A stretch of DNA of 64,000 nucleotides. Source: Anolis carolinensis. Lineage: Eukaryota. Position numbers and translations under genes: made by a program. This document shows positions 39,733 through 50,970 of the stretch, piece after piece. Position 1 is the first letter of the stretch. Every line of letters starts with the position of its first letter. The notes beneath the pieces are model-generated. The model worked only from the letters and a program-made list of their open reading frames with translations, was not told the DNA's origin and did no database searches. The DNA lies in assembly GCF_035594765.1 (NCBI RefSeq), contig NC_085841.1, positions 319,309,402 through 319,373,401 of the forward strand, read 5' to 3'.

Positions 39733-41125
39733 TGTAATGCCTCATGGGCCTTGTAGTCCTGCTCCCAGTGCCACCGTGGCTGATGAAGATGAAAACATGG
39801 GGTTTTCGCCGGCTCAGCAAGAGTCGAAATTTTTCCAGATGCCGGAAGTTAGATGCCTGCTTCATTGGTCCCTACCCGGTGGTGACGCAACTTAACCCTG
39901 TGACTTTCAAACTCCAACTTCCACGTTCCATGCACATTCATCCGGTGTTCCACCGTTCCCTCCTCCTTCCGGCGGATGGTGTGCGCCCAGATGTGAGCCG
40001 GCCACCCCCTGCCCCTGCATTGGTGGACGGGGAAGAGGAATTTGAGGTCCAGGACATTTTGGATTCTCGCCTTCATCGCCGCCACCTCCAGTATTTGATT
40101 GATTGGGTGGGTTATGGACCGGAAGAACGCTCCTGGGAAGACGCTTCCACAGTCCATGCCCCTGACTTAGTTCGACGCTTCCACCGGACTTACCCTTCCA
40201 AGCCGCGCCCCCGCGGATCTCGGGGGACGGCCCTGAATGAGGGGGGCCTTGGGAGGGAGGATAGTGTAATGCCTCATGGGCCTTGTAGTCCTGCTCCCAG
40301 TGCCACCGTGGCTGATGAAGATGAAAACATGGGGGTTTCGCCGGCTCAGCAAGAGTCGAAATTTTTCCAGATGCCTGATGTTGATGTTTTTGCCCAAGAA
40401 CCCATTAAAACAGACCTTGAGCAGTTCTCACCTCCTTTTGCTAGGAGACAGTCCTATGCTGCGAGCAGGGGAGAGAAGGAGCAGGTTCGGAGGAGTTTGA
40501 GACTTGCAGCTAAACAAGAAACAATTAGCCATGTTCCCCTGGGAAAATCTAGGGAGTCTCACATCTGGAGAGAGCTGTGTTTCGTTTCCTGTTCCCTAGG
40601 GAAAGGGAGCGCTGGACACCTGCTTTGCAGGAAAACGAGACCTAGTTAAATGTGCCTGGCACGGTAGGTTCCGTGCGGAGTCAACAGAGCAGCTTCAGGA
40701 GTGATTTCGTGTTTCCAGCCTAGTGTGGACTTCGCAAAGTCCGCAAACCCAGTCTCCTTGCTTTGCCTATCCAAGTATTCAAGAATTGCCTTGCCTTGTT
40801 CCTAGTCACGGACCTTGTTCCTAGAATCAAGTTTGTTTCCAGCCTTGTTGTGGATTTACCTTGGACCTTGTAAGATCTGGACATTTCCCCACAGTATTGC
40901 TTGGCAATAGTGTGTGTTTCTGTTTGTTGGATTCTACTTTGAACTCTAATATCATTTATTGGACAAAACATTTCTGGACTATATTTGACCTCACTTGATA
41001 GGTCTGCTTCTGGACCATATTTTCTACTTGTTTTTATTATTCTTATATATTTCCTTAATAAAGATATTAGATAGTTATTGGCCTCTGTGTTTGGTCCTTA
41101 GTGCTCCGTTGCCTTGGGCGTGACA
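39733..41125 (+). mobile_element. Internally deleted chromodomain-containing Ty3/Gypsy LTR retrotransposon
   Basis: TSD ATTCT on both sides; 5' LTR stub 39733-39843 (110/111 identical to the 3' LTR start); integrase 3' end; PPT-like GGGAGGGAGGATAG; full 3' LTR 40265-41125. Confidence 0.96.
39844..40649 (+). pseudogene. Gypsy integrase C-terminus (GPY/F motif + chromodomain) reading into the 3' LTR
   Basis: KLDACFIGPYPV...HPVFHRSLL; chromodomain EFEVQDILDSR...YLIDWVGYGPEERSWE; no stop before the LTR. Confidence 0.93.
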
Positions 41126-44100
41126 ATTCTGTAGAGATATGTTCCTTCATAGAAGAGTACAGTTCAGGTTTATGAAACCCTTTTAAAAACCTTTTCTCCT
41201 GTTGCTTGACACCAGCACTCTAAACTATAGAGTCTCAATATAGTTCTTAGCCCTTCTTCACTGTCACTTTGGCTCCGCCCATCTCTAGTTGCTAAGCAAC
41301 TCCCTCCATTTACATCAGCCAATAAGACTGCACTTCCAGTAATGGCTGCTTTATCGCTCCTCCCCCTTGCTCTGCTTAGCTTTTGCAAGCAAGGCCTGAA
41401 GCTACCTGTACACCAACCTTGTAAGGTAGGCTAATCTGTTACACCAGGTATCAAGGCAGCCAACAATTGGTGACATTTTGCAGATATTATTTCCTAATGA
41501 TTCAGAAACTCTTTGGCTAGGGTCTTGCCAGGTTGGGCAGATAGGCTTCGGGGGCATCATCAGTCATCTATTATTGTAGCTCCGTTTTTCTAGTTACAAC
41601 TGTGATGCAAGATCTCAGCCTATATTATGAATTTAGTAAAAACAAAATCTCCCCTTATGATATGTCCAGCATTACATCCCTGACTCTAGAACAAGCTAAA
41701 GGGACTCTCAGCCAAAAAATGCCAATCATCCACAAGACACAGCAATTGAAATACCCTGTGATGGATAACATTAAAAAAAGTGACAGGCATAGCTAAGGGG
41801 GATAGAATAAAAAGATGTCATATGTAGAAGGACTTGGTTTTACCAGCAGACAGATAATAGAAAGCAAAAGAAAACAAAGAAGAAAGAAATAAGTAATGGT
41901 TGAATTCATTAGTTTTGGTGGTTCCAAACCATGCTTTGGGAAGAGAGAAAACTATAATGGAGTCTCCTGGATCCACTTTTTCAGGAAACAAAATAATTTC
42001 TTTTAAAAAGGAAAAGGTAGGAGGGGGCTCATGAATTTCAAAGAAGAGCTCATGAATGTGCAAATGTGCCTGTCAAGCACAGATAGCAGATACGCCTTCT
42101 TAGCCACCAGTCTGCATAATGCACTTGGACACAGTCGCTCCAGTGGTAATAAATGAACTTCAGTCCTTGTCCGAAATGTTTGATCAGGAAACAGCAGTCA
42201 CAGCTGTGCCAAATTTAATTGCTTGAAAGTAAAAAAAAAAAAGGCTATGAAGATATTAAGAGAAGTGTATCCGCTCTCAGAGAGGATTTGAAATCAAAGG
42301 AAAGCACAGGGCAAATAACCCAAGAGCAAACCCACTTTGGGGGATTTGTTACCAGGAGACAATGAGAATAACTGCCAACTCTCATTCCACTTCAACTTTA
42401 ACTGCCTCGGTGACATTATATGGAATCCTGGGACATGTAGTTTGTGGAAGTCTCAGCCAGAGAATTCTAGTGCCTCACCACACTATAAAACCTAGAATTC
42501 TATGTGATAGACAAAGTAGAGTTATAGTATTATAATTGCATAGTGTCAAAGGGTCTTGATTCTCAGCCTCACTGATCTGTTCAAAAGTCTCTGGAGAAAT
42601 AAAAGGAGGAAAGTAAACTGGAAATGAGCAGCAGCAGGACAGGACTGGCCGAAGACATTTTGGTGCCTAAGGTGCAGCTACAGAGCTCCCCTCCTCTGTC
42701 CAAACACCCAAATGTATGTAGTAACTAATGCCTGTTGAGTTATTTTGACATATAAGGCATTTCCCCCCACAAATCCCATTGTTGTAACTAACAGTACAAT
42801 AAGAATAACTGAAATAACCACATAACTGTTAGATTTTCAGGAACCTCCCCCCCCCCCCCCCAAAAAAAAAAAATGTTTTCTCTGAGATAGTTGCTTCAGT
42901 CTGTCTTTTAGTAAGACTGTCTCTGGATAGAGGGAAAATGTATGCATGATCAAAAGAGATTAAGGCTGGAGTAGAATGATTTTAAAGACAATTAAAAATC
43001 ATGACAAATTGATTAAACAGGGTTACAGTCATGTGCTTTAATGGGCAGCATGTACTCTTTAGATGAGGACAGTGAATCCCGAGTGCTGCCCAAAATGAAA
43101 ATCGAAGCACATGATTTGAATTGTATGTGTGTAATGAATGCCAATTGAATTAAATCAGTCTTAATTCAACGCTTTACTCACCCAGAGAATCCTAGGGAGA
43201 ATAGTTAGAGCCTGCACTCAATGAAGTTTTCCATACAGATCTAAACCAATGAGCTTCTAGCCCACCTCACACTATATTAAAGTGTGGCCATTCAAATTAG
43301 TGTCTTTTGGTCTGCCAGGACATGCACAGACAATGTGATTCCAATTATCAGAACTGATATTGTGTTGGAAAAAGACTCTACTAAATTTATTTTAAACAAT
43401 TGTGTAAAGGACCAGGGTGTTATTTCCTCCAAGGGTCCTTCAACACTGGCCAATAATACAGGACCAATATGGCATTCTGTATGCCGGATTGGCCCTGCAT
43501 AGCAGCCCAGTTGGGACTCCCCAAACTGTCTCTCTAATCTGGCTGATCTAGGGGTGCTTCCACACAGGGCTTAAACTTGCTTCAGAGCGGGTTTAAATCC
43601 CCACAGGTACCCAAAAGAAATGGACTTTCCCGGGGGTAGTTACTGTGCTGGAACTGGGCCATCTTAACCCCCTCCCCAGAGCCTTAAAATAAAATAAAAA
43701 CTTGCCGGGTCACCATGAGGCTGGCACATCATTTTAAAAAACCAGGAGGGCTGCCGGAGCAGCTTCATGGTGACCCAACAAGTTTTTATTTTATTTTAAG
43801 GCTTGGGGGGGGGGGGGAGGTTAGGTTGCCTCTTTGCTTCTCCAGGCTCATGGAGCCCTAAGACGTAAATTGGGCTGTGGAGAAAGACTTGTGGGACCGC
43901 AGAAGCAGTCCCCGGTGTCTGGCTCCACAGGACCCCTACCTTTCAGGAAGGCCCGGATCTAATGGGTATCTAATTAATTCGATATAAAACAGGCTTTTCC
44001 TGCTTTGTCGTATGAACGCCTCCAGTAAATGTTCAACAGGGTCTGCATTTTGGGCCCTGTCTGGAAGGCCCCTAAAATACCAGGAGAGGACTGACTGGCT

Positions 44101-45690
44101 AGACAGTATAGCAGTAAATGTTTTCTTGAAGGAGGCTGAGGTTCAAGATATTGTAAATAATGTTATCTTTGTAGAGTTATCCTTTGATCCCTTAATTTCT
44201 TGGGTTTATCAAAATTATTTAAAACAGGAGAATAACTGCAAATTAAAACAATGGTAATTGAAAATTAATGGGATCTTGAGCATACACTCTTTAACATATA
44301 TGCATACATATAAAAAGGCATAAGGTAGCAAAAATCTGATTACATGTGTAGTCTGCTGGAAGATTCATGGCCAAGGAATTCATTCCTTTGGAGACAAAAT
44401 AAAATATAGACATCCTAGTGAAAAGTACTGATGAGCTCTGTGTGTGCGGACAAAGTGGACAGGGTTGTTTCTCATATCTGGTTTAGAAAATTCTTCTGTG
44501 ATATGTATTTCACTACTAGAAAAATCAATGAATGCTTCTGTTACGATTATAAGGGTATTGATGCGTTAGAGAGCTTGTTCTTTTGATGGAAGCACAGAAC
44601 CTTCTTACATGAGACGTACATCAAACAAACCACTGCACACAGAGGATCACAGTACCTACCAGTACATTGGATGTCACATTTGAAAGATGAGTGAAGCCTC
44701 ATGTGCTATTTTTAATTCACTCTGTCATCTGAGATTCCTTTAAGTTGCTCTTCTTACATCTTGAAGTGGGAGGAAGCGGGAAGCAGGGGAGAAAGAAAAA
44801 AGGAGCCCTTTTTTTCCAAAGAGAATTTGAAAGAAAAAAGTTTTAGTTACATTTAATCCAAGACAGAAAGCAATGTTTCAAAATCATTCAGTTACCTGCA
44901 ACAAGATATGTGTGGAGGTTGCCTTAAATAATGACTGTGGAGAATCAGTGTGATATAACAATATGAGTGTTTGACAGGAGAGGATCTTCATTGACATATA
45001 TCCCATCTATACTGGACTTTTAAGCATCTTTTCCCCAGTCTGAAACCAGAAGTAGCACACATTTGGGACTTCACACAACACACACACACAAATCTCCAAT
45101 CTCCATGGTAGTCTTCTTTCCAAAGTGCTGCTCCATGGCTTTGGTATGTTTGTAAATAGCACAATAACGTGGTGAAGATGGAAAGCACATGGTTTCCTCC
45201 AATGATCAGCATCAAGTGTTGTAGTAGAGCCAGTAAAGTAATGTTGCAAGCAGTAGTATGAGTACCAGAAGGGGGGAAAGGGCTACTCGCGAGCAGGAGT
45301 CAGATGAAGAACAGCAAAAGAAAAGGATCCGGGATATACTTATGGCACCTACTGATGAAGACACATTTGAAGGGTTTTCAAGTGGCAAAGAGTCAATGAG
45401 CGATGAAGGAGATGTGGTGGATGGGAATAGAGGCACAAAGAGGGTTACTCGGGAGCAGGAATCAGATGAAGAATGGGAGAGGAAGAAGATCAGGGATATA
45501 CTTACTGCTCCCACAGATGATGAGTCGTTTATGGGTTTCTCTGGGAATGATGGGTTTGGGAGTGATGAGGATGGGGAGAACACAATGGATTGGACTAAGG
45601 TACAAGAGATAAGGGATATATGTGCAGAGCCAACCTCTAGTGTCACGTTTGTGGGGTTTTCGGGACATGAGGATTGGCAAAGGGGAGATA

Positions 45691-45794
45691 GGGTTGTTGT
45701 ATGTCTTTCGGGCTGTGTGGCCATGTTCCAGAAGTATTCTCTCCTGACGTTTCGCCCACATCTATGGCAGGCATCCTCAGAGGTTGTGAGGTAT
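45691..45794 (-). mobile_element. Penelope pseudo-LTR fragment
   Basis: Same family as the 14759 arms; perfect 9-bp TSD GGGGAGATA (45682-45690 / 45795-45803). Confidence 0.92.
45743..45783 (-). ncRNA. Minimal type I hammerhead ribozyme motif (Penelope-associated), core intact
   Basis: Minus strand reads CCU-CUGAGGA-U-GCCUGC-CAUAGAU-GUGGGC-GAAAC-GUC-AGG: core boxes, helix II, helix I and a GUC cleavage triplet. Confidence 0.75.
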
Positions 45795-48700
45795 GGGGAG
45801 ATACATCAGAATCATGGGAAAGCCTAAGTCTTGACAAGAGATGGAGGAACTGGAGGAATGGAAACAGGGGTTCACATGTGAAGACGACAGCTGTAAGAGA
45901 TGATGATGGGGTGGAGGCCAGCTCATCATCAGATGATGATGTGTAAGTTAAAAGTAGACTCTGAAATGGGGAATTTTTGCAGAAGGCAAAGTGTCAGTTA
46001 CATGTCGTGTGTATTTGTCGCTGCCTGTTCTCGTGTTGGGTTTTGGGTCCGGGTTCTGCAGCCTGGAGTTCGTGTTACCTGTGGATCTTCGACTTGGACT
46101 GATTTCTTGTGAGTGTGGCTTTCTCCCTCTCTGGATTGTGGACTGACTTGATGACAACTTTGTTTGACAGACTTGGAAACGACATATCCTTTGGCTTCTT
46201 TGGCAATGACTCTTGGACTACGGCTGGCTTTGGCAACTCCTTTTTGCAGTTAACTCTTTGGGGGGCAGTGCTGTTTGTTGGAACTCTTTGTATACAGTGC
46301 TGCTTGTTTGCTGGTTTGCTGTTTTTTAATCTGTTTTTTCCTCCTGTTTAATCCGGATTATTTTCCGTTTGCCTTTTGGAGCCCAGTTTGGGTAAATTCT
46401 TTAAGTTTTGGCCAGAGACACTGAAGCTAAGTGTATCTGAGCTTTTATTTGTTTCTGCAATAAACCTTTTGTTGGACTAAATAGCGTGTGTGGCTCTTTA
46501 AGGCCTCTGTGTCTCGACACCAGGATTCATATTTATCTCAGTATTAATTAGAACTGAATTTTTATTTAGGCTTAATGTGAACATTGGCCCACAAATATCT
46601 GTTAAGATTGTTTGCACATAAATCACTAAAAACTGCTGTCTAGAGAAAATGAAGATTAGAGGGAATCATTTCAGATTATATCACGGGCATTTATACTGGA
46701 ATTGATTGTTGTTGTGAAAATGAGTACATTGTTTATTTTGACTGGGGAACATTTATTAAGAATATCAAATAAAGTTTAATAATATGGTTTTTTGTGAAAG
46801 AAAAATAATTCTAAATTCAAAATGTGCTGGTTCCTCGGCAAACTACAAATCCCAAAGTTTCATAGCATTAAACCACATCAGTTAAAGGGATATTAAACTG
46901 CATTAATTCTACAATGTAGATGCATCCATAGATGGCCCTTGCAATCCCTTTCATAATGCTATGGTTCTATTGATATAGGTAATGTAGGTATTTCCTTCAT
47001 TCTTGTCTCATAACACACCAGAGATTCATTTTCTCCTTCATCAAATTGCTTATGTGTTAGTATTTCACTGTGCATTGATTTGCCAAGCTTACAAAGTTGT
47101 TGTTGGAAAATGCTTTGTTTTCATACTCAGTAGAACCCCAAGAAAGTCCAAAGTCCCACCAATGAAATTTCTCCTGGGATATTATTACAATGAAGTGGAA
47201 TGATACCTGCTGGGCATTGCCCTGATTTACAGTGCTTTAGTGAATAAAAAAAACTCCTCTTTCAGAATCCACTGCTGCTGCTTTGTAAAGGTCAGTGTGT
47301 ATTGGGTGGTGATTTAAATCAATACTTTTGATTGTTGTTGCTTCGGCATTAAACAGTGGTGAAACTATATATGAAAGGGAATGTTAGGCTCTCTCAAAAA
47401 TAGATCTGCCCTCAGAAATATAACAAAGGGAGAAAATGGATGAACAAATGGATGTGGCTGTTTTAGAAAGGTTCCAAAGGAAGTAATTACAAGTCTTTGC
47501 ATGCCTTCAAAAACAACAGTGTCACCAGCTTGAAAATCTTGAACCTCAATTGAACACCTACAGCATAGATAGAGGGAATATGTGGATGTTTTGTGCCAGA
47601 AAAATACCTCGCTTTTCAATTGGTAGCAGCAAAATGGACAACTCAGCAGCTACTGTGTTATCTTTCCTAGCAAGTGAATTTGCCGTCATACAAGTATTTC
47701 TTGGCTGACAACAATATTATTGCAAATCTTTCTCTACATCTGAGCATTAACCTCCCTTATACGTTCACCAAATTGCTGCACTTTTTGTTTGATGACACAG
47801 AAAAATAACACTTCCCAAAAGCACAACACCAGATGGTAATTACATTCTAATAATAGAACAAAATAGTGAGATCGCCTCCTATTTTTTTGTGCTTTAAATT
47901 GATGAGACGGCAGAAAGGCAGTCACTTGGTAACTATGGTAAAAGGAATGGGACTGGGATAAAGAGCCATCCACCAGTTTAGAAACAAATAAACAAGTGGC
48001 AGGATGGCATTTGAGGCATGATTCGCAAGTGATACTACTGGATATACTGGGATTTTTTTTTTTGAACAAGCAGCTACACAGGGCAGGTTCACACATGCAT
48101 GGCAATGTCTGGTGGGGAAAAGATCTTGTATGAGTGCTTGAATTACAACTTTCAAAAAACAACATTATTCTTGGGTATTATTTATGTGAAAGCAGGAAGC
48201 CTTACACAAATATAAAGTTATTTCACACCACTGAGGAAATAGAAGGCCAGCATAACCATGACCCTGTAGAGAAATCTTGCAGATCAACATATCAATATGT
48301 GATTGCCTTTAGATTTGTAATGTTTCTTTTATATGGATGTGAGGCATTGAATCTTTGCCTTTTATTATGTTGTGAACTGCTTTGAGTTTCCCTAGGGATG
48401 AGAAAAGCGTTATATAAATGAAATAAATAAACAAATAAAATAACAGAACCCTCTACAATTCCTGGTCTATTCTGCTAATAGGCACCAACCATTTGAGCAA
48501 GCAGGATATAAATAGACTGCTTGATAGTAGCAAAATTGCTTTTTCATAAAGTACTTATGTTCAGCTAATTAGTAGTTCAGCGTTTATTAACTTCAATATT
48601 TCCTCCATTGTAGCATAACTACTTATTTTCTTTTAGGTAAATTGTAGTTATTACATGAACACAAACCAGTGCTTATATCATAAGATTCTGCTTGGCCTCA

Positions 48701-48858
48701 GCTTCTTCCAAAGTTATCTATATCCCATCTTCCTTCCACAGTTATCTATAACTTCACCAACCCATTCTTTTGGGAAGAACAGAAATAATGTTTTGTCTTC
48801 ATTTAGAAATCCTACCTTGGTCTGCTAGGTGTGCTCAGGCCCCTTTTACACTGCCATG

Positions 48859-48992
48859 TAGTGGTTCTCAACCTGTGGGTCCCCAGATGTTTTGGCCTTC
48901 AACTCCCAGAAATCCTAACAGCTGGTAAACCGGCTGAGATTTCTGGGATTTGTTGGCCAAAACCCTGGGGAACCACAGTTTGAGAATCACTG
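48859..48992. mobile_element. Short palindromic hAT MITE
   Basis: TAGTGGTTCTCAA / TTGAGAATCACTG; homologous to 13221-13355. Confidence 0.8.
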
Positions 48993-49177
48993 CTTTAATG
49001 TGACCTATGCATTCTGTTCAATCTGTTGTCCAGATACTACCGGTAGTTATTGATGGGAAACATCAAGGCTCCTGTTTTCCACTCTTCTGGTTCTTTATTG
49101 ATAGCATACTGTCATCTGATAGATGTTCAATTAATTGGGGGGGGGGGTTGCAAAGTAATTAGGACACATGGACACTG

Positions 49178-49251
49178 TCCCTTCTACATTGCCATATAAT
49201 CCAGTTCAAAACAGATAATCTGGATTTTATATGGCAGTGTAGAAAGGGGCC
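49178..49251. mobile_element. Harbinger-type palindromic mini-MITE
   Basis: CCCTTCTACATTGCCATATAA...TTATATGGCAGTGTAGAAAGGG; related copies at 29540-29605 and 60715-60807. Confidence 0.7.
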
Positions 49252-49397
49252 TGGGTGTCCATGGTGATCTCATGGAGCTCATGATGACTTCTTGTTTTGG
49301 TTTGGTTGGTGACACAAAGTCCTGGTCTTCTAGGTGGCATCCTCTCGCTAATATTTATTTGTTACCTTGTTATCATTTCACCGTCACACAAAACCCT

Positions 49398-49422
49398 CTA
49401 TTATCTGTCTATCTGTCTATCG

Positions 49423-49495
<73 letters not shown>
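49398..49495 (+). repeat. (TCTA)n microsatellite
   Basis: Read directly. Confidence 0.97.
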
Positions 49496-50494
49496 AATGA
49501 GCTGTTGGAAATTAAAACACATCTCAAGACCTATCTCTTCCAGCAGGCCCAGTCAGTTTAAATCATGAATTTTTTGCATTTTGTGTTTTAATCTTTGCTC
49601 TGTGTATTTTAATTTGTATTTTATAGAAATAAGTTTTAATATGAGTATTTTATAGAATGTGCAGGATGTTTGTGTTTTACCTGTGTTGTAACTTGCCTCA
49701 AGCTATGAGGAGAGGCAGGTAAGACATACAATTATTTATCTATCCATCCAGGCATCCAGATTTCAAGTTTTCTTACCATATTATGAAAATGTGGTATTGT
49801 TTTTATTTGTTGATTTTATTGTTCAGTCTGTTCAACTCTTTATTGTGAGCCACTCTGGTAATGTTACAGTTAAAGGAACAAAGGGTGATGGGAATGCCTG
49901 AAACACATGAACTCAGCATCTCACATAAGAATTGTTGTAGAAACAAACTTAAACCACTCCATCTTCTCACATATGAATGTATTATACATTTCGATTTTTA
50001 TCTGTGGGCTGTGAAAAGACTCCATTGCCTTTGGAGATTAGGATTATATATATGGATAGGGAAGGAATAGTACATGAATTCATACTTTTACAGAAACTGA
50101 CCTATTTTGTATTGCTTGGATTTATATACATATTAGAATACAGTTTTTTGCACATTGCAATTTCTCAGAACTTTTTAAAATGTAAATCTCAGCTGAAAAT
50201 GTATGTACAAAAATGTATATATGAATGAATGCTGCAGACAAAAGTATATGTAAGGGTAAATTGAATACTAACTTCATTTGCTGGAGAAAATTGCTTATGA
50301 AAATAAATTGTAGACTGATGTGGAAAGTGAGTGGAATAGACTTATGATGGAATATATACAAAATGGAGCAGAAATAATGACTGATTCCTCCATCTATATT
50401 TATGTACATGTACGTAGGAGAAATTCCTATTCAGCGGGACATCTAACTTGACATTCCATAGCTAGCAGAGAAAGGGTCTTTTTAAAGCTGATAT

Positions 50495-50970
50495 GGGCCG
50501 GGCTGTGGCGCAAGCTGGTTAGTAGCCAGCTGCAATAAATCACTATGACCAAGAGGTCATGTGTTCGAGGCCAGCCCGTGGCAGAGTGAGCACCCGACCA
50601 TTAAAATAAAAAATAGCCCTGTTTGTTGTTGACCTAAGCAAACCGAAAGATAGTTGCATCTATCAAGTAGGAAATTTAGGTACCACTTATATGTGGGGAG
50701 GCTAATTTAATTTTACAACATCATAAAAATGGTCCAGCTACCGTTTGGAATGAGGAAGTCGGCATCACAGTGGATGATGAAGCAGCTGCTCCCCCTGTGG
50801 CTGGAATTGAGCAGGAAGCTGGAAGCTGGAGAAGGTTAATTTGCCTCTGTGTCTGTCTCTATGTTTATATGGCATTGAATGTTTGCCTTGTATGTGTACA
50901 TTGTGATCCACCTTGAGTCCCCTTCGGGATGAGAAGGGCGGAATATAAATACTGTAAATAAATAAATAAA
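50495..50970 (+). mobile_element. Full-length tRNA-derived SINE with an L2-type tail (Anolis SINE2-like)
   Basis: GGGCCGGGCTGTGGCGCAAGCTGG (A box), GTTCGAGGCC (B box); 3' tail CCTTGAGTCCCCTTCGGGATGAGAAGGGCGG...(TAAA)n shared with the L2 at 19410-19480. Confidence 0.85.

Larger units (their letters stand above)
45258..45946 (+). pseudogene. LTR-internal acidic ORF (191 aa once the Penelope insert is removed) with three FxGF repeats
   Basis: 45258-45690 joined to 45804-45946 gives 576 nt in frame with no internal stop; repeats IRDILMAPTDEDTFEGF, IRDILTAPTDDESFMGF, IRDICAEPTSSVTFVGF. Confidence 0.7.
45217..46519 (+). mobile_element. Solo LTR-like element (distinct family) containing an acidic ORF and a Penelope insertion
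   Basis: TGTTG...CGACA termini; AATAAA at ~46459 near the 3' end; imperfect TSD TCAAG/CCAGG. Confidence 0.7.

Noticed and set aside
39549-41442. Older minus-strand LTR hosting the chromovirus insertion (TGTCA...TTACA)
   Set aside because: No convincing TSD; boundaries not supportable
49272-49561. ORFs with IYLS repeats
   Set aside because: Translation of a (TCTA)n microsatellite
50495-50580. tRNA gene
   Set aside because: A and B boxes belong to a SINE head followed by SINE body and L2 tail
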